Positions 34,105 through 41,548 of a stretch of 41,548 nucleotides of DNA are shown here, in pieces. A program made the position numbers and the translations under genes. How positions within the stretch are numbered: position 1 is the stretch's first letter; each line of letters starts with the position of its first letter. Below the pieces are notes generated by a model. The model ran no database searches and was not told where the DNA came from. It was given only the letters and a program-made list of their open reading frames with translations. This DNA comes from a virus (taxonomy: Duplodnaviria > Caudoviricetes), in the IMG/VR virus record IMGVR_UViG_3300049049_000106, positions 1-41,548 of that record, one strand, 5' to 3'.

Positions 34105-34809
34105 ATGAGTGACGAAAAGTACCCGTTTTTGAACGAGGTAGAGCAGGAGGTTGTGCCCGAGGTCGAGGTGCAGCCCGAAGTTCAGCCGGTCGAAACGCCG
34201 CAGGCCGTCGAGCCTGCCGCACCTGTGACGCCGACGGTCACGGAACCTCACGACGAACGAGTGCCGCTCGCCGCCCTCAAGGCCGAGCGTGAGAAACGGC
34301 AACAGTTGGAACGGCGCATGGCCGAGATTGAGCGCGAACGCGCCCAAGCCCAGCCCGAGCCGCCCGACTTCTACGCAGACCCGCAGCAGTTCATCGCCCA
34401 GCGGGAGCAGCAGCTTACCCAGCGGATGCACGCGGCATTGGAGGAGCAGGCGCGAGACGCCTATTCCGACTATGACGCTGTGCTGGCCGAGTTGAAGGAC
34501 TACGCGCAGGAAAACCCTGCCGTCATCCCGCAGGTGTTCAACGCGGCTAACCCCGCGCTGGCCGCCTACAAGCTCGGCAAGCAAATCCGCGAATTGCGGG
34601 CCATGAAAGACCCCGACCAGTACCGCAAGGCCATTGAAGCCGAGGTGCGGGCCAAGGTCGAGGCCGAATACGCCGCCCGCGAGCAAAGCAAGGCCGCTGC
34701 CGTTGCCGCCATCCCGCCCGACCTGACCAATTCGCGCTCCGCAAGAGACGCGGAAGTGGTCCCCGACGATTCCCTCGACTCAATCCTCGCATCACGCAAA
34801 TCGCGCTAA
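34105..34809 (+). CDS. Scaffolding protein
   Basis: Acidic Pro-rich N-terminus; VPLAALKAEREKRQ coiled coil; between portal and capsid. Confidence 0.85.
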   Translation: MSDEKYPFLNEVEQEVVPEVEVQPEVQPVETPQAVEPAAPVTPTVTEPHDERVPLAALKAEREKRQQLERRMAEIERERAQAQPEPPDFYADPQQFIAQREQQLTQRMHAALEEQARDAYSDYDAVLAELKDYAQENPAVIPQVFNAANPALAAYKLGKQIRELRAMKDPDQYRKAIEAEVRAKVEAEYAAREQSKAAAVAAIPPDLTNSRSARDAEVVPDDSLDSILASRKSR

Positions 34810-34824
34810 GGAAGGCGCAATTAA

Positions 34825-35922
34825 ATGACTCTCTCCACCGTTGCATCGGCCAACACTGTCAAGCAGTGGGACGCCGACTTTTACCGCGAATACATCCGCG
34901 CCAATCGCTTCGCCAAGTACCAGGGCACCGACGCCAACGCGGTCATCCAGCTCAAGGAGGACCTGACCAAGAAGCCCGGTGACGCCCTGACCATTTCGCT
35001 GGTCAAGGCCCTGTCGGGTGCCGGCGTCTCGGGCAACTCGCTGCTGGAAGGCCAGGAGGAGACTATCTCCAACTACGGTCAGCAGGTTTCGATCCAGGCC
35101 TATCGCAACGGCGTTGCGATGACCGAGTTCGAGCAGCAGAAGTCCAAGATCATGGCCCTGAACACCGCCCGTCCGCTGCTGCGCGACTGGGCGATGGAAC
35201 TGAACCGTACCCACGTCATCAACGCCCTGGCTTCCGTGCAGGCGACGGCGGGCGGCTCGGTGGTGGCCTATGCGTCGGCTACCGAGGCGCAGAAGGACGC
35301 TTGGCTCGACCTGAACACCGACCGCATCCTGTTCGGCTCGCTCAAGTCCAACCTCAAGCAGACCGCCCCGGCCGGCGGCGCGACCAACGACCACAGCGCC
35401 TCGCTGGCGGAAATTGACGCGACCGATGACAAGCTGACCAAGGGCGTGGTTTCGCTCGCCAAGCGCCTCGCCAAGCTGGCCGACCCCATCATCCGCCCGA
35501 TCCGGGTCAACGATGATGAGGAGTGGTACGTCATGTTCGCGCCGTCGCTGGCCTTCCGTGACCTCAAGGCCGACTTGGCGACCACCCACGCCGATGCCAT
35601 GCAGCGCGGCAAGTCGAACCCGCTGTTCACCGACGGCGACCTCGTATACGACGGCGTGATCATCCGCGAAGTGCCCGAGATCGCCACCATGGCGGACGTG
35701 GGCAACGGCGGCACCGTGGACGTGGCCCCGTGCTACCTCTGCGGCGCGCAGGCCGTGGCGCATGTCATCGGCAAGCGTTGGGCCTCGGCCACCGAGGAGC
35801 GCGATTACGGCTTCGTGACGGGTGCGGCCATCGCCGGTTTCTTTGGCACGGAAAAGCTGTTCTACAACGGCAAGCAGCACGGCGTGGTTACCGTGTACGT
35901 CGCCGGTCAGCCGGACGCCTGA
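34825..35922 (+). CDS. Major capsid protein (N4-gp56/DUF4043-like)
   Basis: DLTKKPGD, GNSLLEGQEE, NPLFTDG..YDGVII, GAQAV, DYGF. Confidence 0.9.
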   Translation: MTLSTVASANTVKQWDADFYREYIRANRFAKYQGTDANAVIQLKEDLTKKPGDALTISLVKALSGAGVSGNSLLEGQEETISNYGQQVSIQAYRNGVAMTEFEQQKSKIMALNTARPLLRDWAMELNRTHVINALASVQATAGGSVVAYASATEAQKDAWLDLNTDRILFGSLKSNLKQTAPAGGATNDHSASLAEIDATDDKLTKGVVSLAKRLAKLADPIIRPIRVNDDEEWYVMFAPSLAFRDLKADLATTHADAMQRGKSNPLFTDGDLVYDGVIIREVPEIATMADVGNGGTVDVAPCYLCGAQAVAHVIGKRWASATEERDYGFVTGAAIAGFFGTEKLFYNGKQHGVVTVYVAGQPDA

Positions 35923-35938
35923 TAGGCGTTAGCGGCAC

Positions 35939-35968
35939 AGGGGGCGGGAGCAATCTCGCCCCCTTTTT
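35939..35968 (+). terminator. Rho-independent terminator after the capsid gene
   Basis: GGGGGCGGGA-GCAA-TCTCGCCCCC plus TTTTT. Confidence 0.9.
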
Positions 35969-36002
35969 GTTGCATGGACGCAACGGGCCAAGGACGGCCC
36001 AC
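35969..36002 (+). promoter_or_regulatory. Tandem ANGGAC-loop hairpins (CsrA/RsmA-type sites)
   Basis: GTTGC-ATGGAC-GCAAC and GGGCC-AAGGAC-GGCCC, back to back. Confidence 0.7.
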
Positions 36003-36019
36003 CTTTTCAGGGGTTACCG

Positions 36020-36376
36020 ATGGCGGTCTATTCGCGCAATGACTTGCGCAACGCGGTCATGTACGACCTTGCGATCCTTGACGCCAACGAAGCCCCCAGC
36101 GCCGAGGATTCGGTCTTCGTGCTGGATCGTGTCCAGCAGACGCTAGAGCAGTTGGCCGATGACGGGCTGATCCCGTTCGACCTCGACAGCGATTCCATCC
36201 CCGCGCCCTACATGGTCCCGCTTGCCCGTGTCATTGCGCCCACGCTGGCGCTGGCCTACGGCAAGGCGGACAAGCTGAGCCTATACGAAGCCCTGGCCGA
36301 GTCCGGCATGAAGGCGCTGCGCCGGCTCAAGGTCAAACCGTACTTCGGCACGCCGGCTCAAGTGAGCTATTTCTAA
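36020..36376 (+). CDS. Head-tail adaptor (position of P22 gp4)
   Basis: Helical 118 aa between capsid and hub; EAPSAED motif. Confidence 0.7.
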   Translation: MAVYSRNDLRNAVMYDLAILDANEAPSAEDSVFVLDRVQQTLEQLADDGLIPFDLDSDSIPAPYMVPLARVIAPTLALAYGKADKLSLYEALAESGMKALRRLKVKPYFGTPAQVSYF

Positions 36377-36377
36377 G

Positions 36378-39014
36378 ATGGGCAAATGGCGTCCCGCCCC
36401 CATCGCGGATGGGGCTTTCAGCGACGACAGCGCCCCGTGGTCCGCTCAGGACTTGTGCGGCTGGATCCCGCGTCCTGCCGAGCAGCAGGGCACGCGCTCG
36501 GCCATGCAGCTTGCGCCCCTGCCGGGCTTGCAGGAGTTCGCCTTCGTCCCCGACACGCGCAAGCAGCGCGGCGGCTATGTGGCGGAAGGCCGGCTCATCC
36601 TTGTTGCAGACCAGACCCTTTACCAGCAGATGCCCAATGGCTCCCTGCGGACCATCGGCACCATTCCCGGCACCTCGCGCTGTTCGTTCGCGCATAACGG
36701 CGTGTCCGAGGTCATCATCGTCAACGGTTCCTCCGGCTATATCTGGAACTGGGACGATGACTCGCTGACCCAAATCACGGACGCGGGCTTCCCCGGCGGC
36801 CTGCTGGCGGCGTACAACGCCAACGCCTTCCTTGTCATTGATCCGACCCGGCGCTACTTCCAGAACAGCGCCCTGAATGACGGCCTGAATTGGAACGCGC
36901 TAGAGACGTACCAAGGCGAATCCAAGCCGGACAAGATCAAGGGGCACATCGTCTTTAACGGCGAGTACGTCCTGTTCCAAGAGCGCAGCTTCGACCGATT
37001 CTCCTACACGGGCGTCACGAACGCGCTGTACGAGCGCATCCCCGGCACGACCTACGACCGGGGCTGTGCGGCCACCCACGCGATCAACGCGGTGGACAAC
37101 GCCATTTGCTTCATTGGCGATGACGGCTCCGCTTACATGATGCGGAGCTACACGCCGGAGCGCATTTCCACCGGCCCGATTGAACAAGCGTGGTCCAACT
37201 GCGACCTGTCGAAAGCCTACTCGTTCGTGTGGGAGGACAAGGGCCACAAGGTCTGGTACGTCACGTTCCCCGATGGGCATACGTGGGGCTATGACTTCTG
37301 GACGCAGAAATGGCACCGCCGCCAGTCCGAGGGCATGACCCGCTGGCGGCTGGCGTGGCTGGTGAAGTGGCGCGATCACTGGTACGGCGGCGAATACAAC
37401 TCCGGGCGCGTCATGCGGCTGGATTGGGCCTATCAGCTTGAAGGTTCCGACCGCATCCTGCGCCGCCGCATTTCCGGCGTGGCCCACGACAACCAGAACC
37501 GGCTCACGTTCAACGCGCTGGAGGTGGTGGTGGACGCCTCCGGCGAAGCCACCACGGCCACGTCCGCCCTGTCGCTGGTGTTCGACACCGAGCAGCAGAC
37601 GGTCGGAACGCTGACCATCGGCGGCGCGCTGCCTGACGGCGCGGTGGGCGATGCGGTCAATTTCCAGTACCGCACGATTGGCGGCACCGGCCCGATTACG
37701 TTCTCGGTGTCTGCCGGCGCGCTGCCTGCGGGCCTGACGCTCAATGCCACCACGGGCGCGCTGACGGGCACCTACACCACGGCCGAGCATGACAACGCCT
37801 GGACCATGACCGCGACCGACGCGGACGGCAACACGGCCACGCTGGCCGAGGCGCAGTACGTCCTCGACCTGCTGGGCGACCCGCCGGACGGCATCATTGG
37901 CGATGCCTACAGCTACTCGCTGACGGGCACGGAGGGCACCAGCCCGTACACCTTCGCCCTGACCACGGGAACGCTGCCGGATGGCCTCTCGCTGGCCTCT
38001 GGCGGGGCGATCACCGGCACCCCGACCACGGCGCAGACCAAGGCGTTCAGCGTCACCATGACCGACGCGGCGGGCGTGGACACGGTGAAGGCGTACAGCG
38101 TCACCATCGAAGTGTCCTATGGCGATATCTACATCGGCCTGAGCGGATCAGGCAGCACGGATGCGCTGGCGCTGATTGACGGCAATGCGAATACCCTGAC
38201 CGGCACCTATGCGGCGGGCGACGAGGGCAGCAACCCGGTCATCAGCGCGGACGAGGCGCGGGTTTACTTCCACGGCACCAACCACCTGAGCTACCTGACC
38301 CGTTCGGGCGGCGCGCGGTCGGAGTTCACCAGTTCGGGCGTGGCCGGGGCGGGCATCGTTGCCAACGCCACGCACGCCTACGTCCTGGCGTTCTCCCCGA
38401 GGCTGCTGGAAAAGGTGACGCTGGCCGATGGAACGGTCACGACCTATTCCCCCACGACCGAGTGCGGCGGCATGTGCTGGAACGCGGCCAAGACCAAGAT
38501 TTACCTTGGCTTCTACACCACGTCCGGCTTTTCCACGTTCGACCTTGGCACGCCGGGCTTCACCGATACCGCCATCACCGCGCGCAACCGCTGCCGGGGC
38601 GTGGCGCTGAACCCGATCACGGGCCGGGTGTATTCGACCTGCCGCAGCACCGTGGACGATACGCCCTATCTGGTCCTGTGGAACCCGGCCGATGGGCTGG
38701 CGGCGGACGCTGTGACGCTTTCGGAGGTCGGCGGGGCCATTGCGGTGACCCCGGACGGCGAACAGGTGTGGGTGGTCAACTACGGCGCGACCAGCGGCAA
38801 GGTGTTCGTGTACGACACGGCCACCCACACGCTCCAGCAGACGATTACGGTCGGCAACACGCCCAACGCCATTGTGATGAACGCGGCGGGCACGCGGGCG
38901 TATGTGTGCAACGGCGGTGATAACACCGTCAGCGTCATCAACGTGGCCGACTATTCGACCGTCGCCACGGTCACCACGCCCGCCCCGCCGTTTGGCGCGG
39001 CCATTCTGGAGTGA
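36378..39014 (+). CDS. P22 gp10-like tail hub N-terminal part fused to Ig-like repeats and a YVTN-type beta-propeller
   Basis: QITDAGFPG, ESKPD, RGCAA, ERISTGPIE, TWGYD..TQKWHRR; GALPAGLTLN/GTLPDGLSL repeats; ITVGNTPNAI...RAYVCNGGDNTVSVIN. Confidence 0.85.
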   Translation: MGKWRPAPIADGAFSDDSAPWSAQDLCGWIPRPAEQQGTRSAMQLAPLPGLQEFAFVPDTRKQRGGYVAEGRLILVADQTLYQQMPNGSLRTIGTIPGTSRCSFAHNGVSEVIIVNGSSGYIWNWDDDSLTQITDAGFPGGLLAAYNANAFLVIDPTRRYFQNSALNDGLNWNALETYQGESKPDKIKGHIVFNGEYVLFQERSFDRFSYTGVTNALYERIPGTTYDRGCAATHAINAVDNAICFIGDDGSAYMMRSYTPERISTGPIEQAWSNCDLSKAYSFVWEDKGHKVWYVTFPDGHTWGYDFWTQKWHRRQSEGMTRWRLAWLVKWRDHWYGGEYNSGRVMRLDWAYQLEGSDRILRRRISGVAHDNQNRLTFNALEVVVDASGEATTATSALSLVFDTEQQTVGTLTIGGALPDGAVGDAVNFQYRTIGGTGPITFSVSAGALPAGLTLNATTGALTGTYTTAEHDNAWTMTATDADGNTATLAEAQYVLDLLGDPPDGIIGDAYSYSLTGTEGTSPYTFALTTGTLPDGLSLASGGAITGTPTTAQTKAFSVTMTDAAGVDTVKAYSVTIEVSYGDIYIGLSGSGSTDALALIDGNANTLTGTYAAGDEGSNPVISADEARVYFHGTNHLSYLTRSGGARSEFTSSGVAGAGIVANATHAYVLAFSPRLLEKVTLADGTVTTYSPTTECGGMCWNAAKTKIYLGFYTTSGFSTFDLGTPGFTDTAITARNRCRGVALNPITGRVYSTCRSTVDDTPYLVLWNPADGLAADAVTLSEVGGAIAVTPDGEQVWVVNYGATSGKVFVYDTATHTLQQTITVGNTPNAIVMNAAGTRAYVCNGGDNTVSVINVADYSTVATVTTPAPPFGAAILE

Positions 39015-39017
39015 CCC

Positions 39018-39248
39018 ATGGCCGATGACCACGACGCTGACCGGATCCTCCAGATTCGCGTCAGCAAGAACGGCGCGGAGACGTGGGGTGACCCGACCTA
39101 CCACGACCTGCCGGAAACGGGCGATTTCAAGAAGCGCATTGTCCGCAGGCGCAACGGCCAGTCCCGGCGGTTCGCGGTGATGCTGGAGTGCACTAGCCCG
39201 GTGGCGGTGACGATCCTGGCCGCGTCTGTGGACATGGACGGCGAATGA
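39018..39248 (+). CDS. Separate ORF resembling the gp10-family C-terminal segment
   Basis: LQIRVSKNGAETWG...GDFKKRIVRRRNGQSRR...TSPV; own SD GGAG. Confidence 0.7.
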   Translation: MADDHDADRILQIRVSKNGAETWGDPTYHDLPETGDFKKRIVRRRNGQSRRFAVMLECTSPVAVTILAASVDMDGE

Positions 39249-39655
39249 GGCGGGCGCGGATTCCCGACTTTCTCGAAAGCTGCGCGAACCATCCCCGGGT
39301 CTTTCCGCACATCGGCTGCACCGAGGCCCGGTTTAGCGCAGGGGCCAGTTGGGAGCGCACGGTCGCGCTGGAATGGCGCGAGGGCGGCGTTGTGTTCGTG
39401 GAGGAAGCCCCCGGCGTCTATTCCGGGCATTGGGTGTTCCTGCCCAAGACGAAGGACGTAGTAGGCAAGGCTCGCGCGGCGTTGCGCTACCTGTTCACGC
39501 ACACCGACGCCCAGCGCGTCACCGGCAAGACCCCGTTGGAACTGCGCCACGCCAGGAAGGCAGCGCAGGCGGCGGGGATGCGGCACCTATTCAACTGCGA
39601 CGGGCACAGCTTTACCGAGCTGACCCGCGATCAATGGCTCAAGGACGAGGGTTAA
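39245..39655 (+). CDS. GNAT-fold virion assembly protein (position of P22 gp14)
   Basis: H..FLP...GK...LRYLF...A..AG pattern; position. Confidence 0.6.
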   Translation: MRRARIPDFLESCANHPRVFPHIGCTEARFSAGASWERTVALEWREGGVVFVEEAPGVYSGHWVFLPKTKDVVGKARAALRYLFTHTDAQRVTGKTPLELRHARKAAQAAGMRHLFNCDGHSFTELTRDQWLKDEG

Positions 39656-39659
39656 ACAC

Positions 39660-40310
39660 ATGGGTTGGGGCGCAGTAGCACAAGTCGGAGCGGGCCTTTT
39701 CGGGGCCAGCCAGCAGCGTAGTGCGGCGCGGGCGCAGGAGCGCGCCAGCGAGGCCGCCATCGCGGAGCAGCGCAGGCAATACGACCAGTCGCGCTCGGAC
39801 CAAATGCCTTTCATGCAGTTTGGGCAATCGCAGCTTGGCGGCTTGCAGGCTTTGGCGAATGGGGACTATTCCGGCTTTGAGAATAGCCCGGACTACAAGT
39901 ACGCCCGCGAGCAGATGATCTACGGGCAGGACCACAGCGCCGCAGCGCGTGGCCGCCTGCAATCGGGCGGCTACGCGATGGACTTGGCGAAGGGCCTGAA
40001 CGGACTCGCCTCGCAGAACCTCGGCAACTATCGCGGCTCGCTCCAGTGGGGCGCGAACCTTGGCCAGAACGCCGCAGCGGGCGTGGGCCAGTTGGGCGCG
40101 AATGCCGCCAACCAGATCGGCAACCAGTACCAGAATCGCGGCGATGCGCAGGCGAGCGCCTACGGCGGGAACGCCGGCTTTGGCTACGGGCTGGCGGGCC
40201 TTATCGGTCAGCAGCCGTGGGCGTCCACCAGCATCTTTGGTGGTGGTGGCGGCGGCGGAGGCGGTGGCCTCGCGCCCGGCGGCTCCTACTTGAATTGGGG
40301 CGACTACTGA
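39660..40310 (+). CDS. DNA transfer/pilot protein (position of P22 gp7)
   Basis: QRRQYDQSR.D..PF, F.NSPDY, SAAARG.L.SG, LGQNAAAG. Confidence 0.8.
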   Translation: MGWGAVAQVGAGLFGASQQRSAARAQERASEAAIAEQRRQYDQSRSDQMPFMQFGQSQLGGLQALANGDYSGFENSPDYKYAREQMIYGQDHSAAARGRLQSGGYAMDLAKGLNGLASQNLGNYRGSLQWGANLGQNAAAGVGQLGANAANQIGNQYQNRGDAQASAYGGNAGFGYGLAGLIGQQPWASTSIFGGGGGGGGGGLAPGGSYLNWGDY

Positions 40311-41548
40311 TGGCCTTCAATGACGGCCTGCGGAGCGTGCTGGGCGGCTTCCAGTACGTTCAGGGGCAGATGGACCAAGGCGAGGAAAAGCGCCGCCAGT
40401 CGGGCCTCCGCGCCCTCGCAGGCGACTACTACGGTCAGCTCGACCCCACGGCCGGCAAGGTCGCCGCCCTCGGCGGTGACGCGGGCGGGATGCTCCGCGA
40501 CCGCCAAGGCATGCAGGAGACGGCACAGAAGGAAGCCGGCCGCATTGCGGGCCTGATCGTCGCCGCGCCCTCGCAGATGCGACCGGGCCTGTATGCCGCC
40601 CACCGCCAGAAACTCGCGCAGATCGGCTTGCAGGGCCTTCCCGAGGCGTGGAGCGATGACCTGCTCCCGGTGGCGCAGCAGATGGCCGGATCCACGCAGA
40701 ACGTGGGCATCCAGTCCACCTTCGTTGACGCCTCCGGCAACCGCGTGGGCGTGACCCGCGACGGCAGGACGGTGGTGCTGGGCCAGAACGCGCCCAACGT
40801 GCAAATCCTCGAAGGCCAGGGCGGATTCTACGGCGTCAACAAGGGCGACCTGTCGGCCCGTCCTGTCACGATGGGCGGCCCGGCTCCCCAAGCGCCGCCG
40901 CAAGGCACGAACGACCAGATGCTCGCCGTGGCTAACCAGATGGTGAAGGCCGGTATCCCGCCGCAGTACGTCGAGCAGTGGATGAGCCAGCAGCCGGGCA
41001 TCCAGCCGGTGAGCCAGCCGGAAGCCCCGCAGGCGGCTCCGCAGGCCATGCCGATGCAGTTGCAGCCCGCCGCCAAGCCGCAGGCTCAGCGTGCGCCTAC
41101 GGAGCTTGAGCGCCGCGTGGAGATGGCCCGGCAGATGGGCGCGACCCCGGACCAGATCAAGGCGATGGTGGTCGGTGGCGGTCAGTCGGGCAACGCGCAG
41201 GCCAGCAAGACCAATCAGGCCAACCGCGTGAAGGCGGCCCAGCTCGAAACCGTGCAGCGCCAGATTGACCGGCTCGACAAGGCCGCGCAGTCGGTCGCCG
41301 GGAATGCTGTTTTTGACGGCGGCCCGCTGGATCAGTACGCGATCAAGTTCACCCCGCAAGGGCAGGAGCTTGAACAGTCCGCTGCTGCGATTCTGCCGGT
41401 GCTAACGGCCCTCACGCGCGTTCCTGGCGTGGGCGCTCAGTCCGACCTCGAAAGCCGCCTGGCGAGCCTCCAGTTGCCTTCCGCGAGCATGGCCCCGGAA
41501 GTGAACAAGGCCGCGATTCAGGCCCTCCGCGAATACATGGCCGACCTC
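40310..41548 (+). CDS. Ejection protein (position of P22 gp20), ~440 aa, continues through 1-211
   Basis: TGATG coupling; open to the window end; Gln/Ala/Pro-rich; absent from ORF track because it crosses the ends. Confidence 0.85.
   Translation, partial: MAFNDGLRSVLGGFQYVQGQMDQGEEKRRQSGLRALAGDYYGQLDPTAGKVAALGGDAGGMLRDRQGMQETAQKEAGRIAGLIVAAPSQMRPGLYAAHRQKLAQIGLQGLPEAWSDDLLPVAQQMAGSTQNVGIQSTFVDASGNRVGVTRDGRTVVLGQNAPNVQILEGQGGFYGVNKGDLSARPVTMGGPAPQAPPQGTNDQMLAVANQMVKAGIPPQYVEQWMSQQPGIQPVSQPEAPQAAPQAMPMQLQPAAKPQAQRAPTELERRVEMARQMGATPDQIKAMVVGGGQSGNAQASKTNQANRVKAAQLETVQRQIDRLDKAAQSVAGNAVFDGGPLDQYAIKFTPQGQELEQSAAAILPVLTALTRVPGVGAQSDLESRLASLQLPSASMAPEVNKAAIQALREYMADL
41422..41548 (+). repeat. Terminal overlap, identical to 1-127
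   Basis: Exact match. Confidence 0.97.

Larger units (their letters stand above)
1..41548. mobile_element. Complete temperate phage genome (lambdoid regulation, P22-like podovirus morphogenesis), circularly permuted
   Basis: Integrase/attP, cI/cro/cII, replication, lysis, terminase, portal, capsid and ejection modules all present; ends overlap; no tape measure or tail tube gene seen. Confidence 0.95.

Noticed and set aside
30312-39104. Long minus-strand ORFs over terL, portal, capsid and hub
   Set aside because: Antisense shadows typical of high-GC codon bias; no motifs or RBS
40240-40268. GGT/GGC microsatellite as a phase-variation locus
   Set aside because: In-frame poly-Gly linker

Overview
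The window is a complete, circularly permuted genome of a high-GC temperate phage with lambdoid regulation and P22-like (podovirus) virion genes. Bases 1-127 repeat exactly at 41422-41548, so the unit genome is about 41,421 bp. A Xanthomonadales-like host is my inference only. Gene order: ejection proteins and tail/receptor-binding module (1-4967); attP with a tRNA 3'-end core and tyrosine integrase (5170-6330); leftward early operon with xis, Lar-like, exonuclease, SSB, HNH and many small ORFs (6278-15099); cI/cro/cII switch with AGCAC-N5-GTGCT operators (15150-16332); replication initiator plus DnaB (17335-19418); nin-like region with two candidate late regulators (19354-25457); a ~350-nt structured non-coding leader; lysis genes; an RHH-regulated moron and a lipoprotein trypsin-like protease; then terminase, portal, scaffold, capsid, connector, gp10-like hub and ejection genes. 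Three observations stand out. (1) Hairpins with ANGGAN loops, the CsrA/RsmA consensus, sit at translation-start regions of virion genes and upstream of the replication operon, including one 19-mer repeated exactly 19 kb apart. (2) The P22 gp10-like tail-hub gene appears split, with an Ig-repeat plus beta-propeller insertion and the conserved C-terminus in a separate in-frame ORF. (3) A multi-domain structured RNA lies between the Q-like gene and the lysis genes. All product calls come from motif recognition by eye; no database searches were run.
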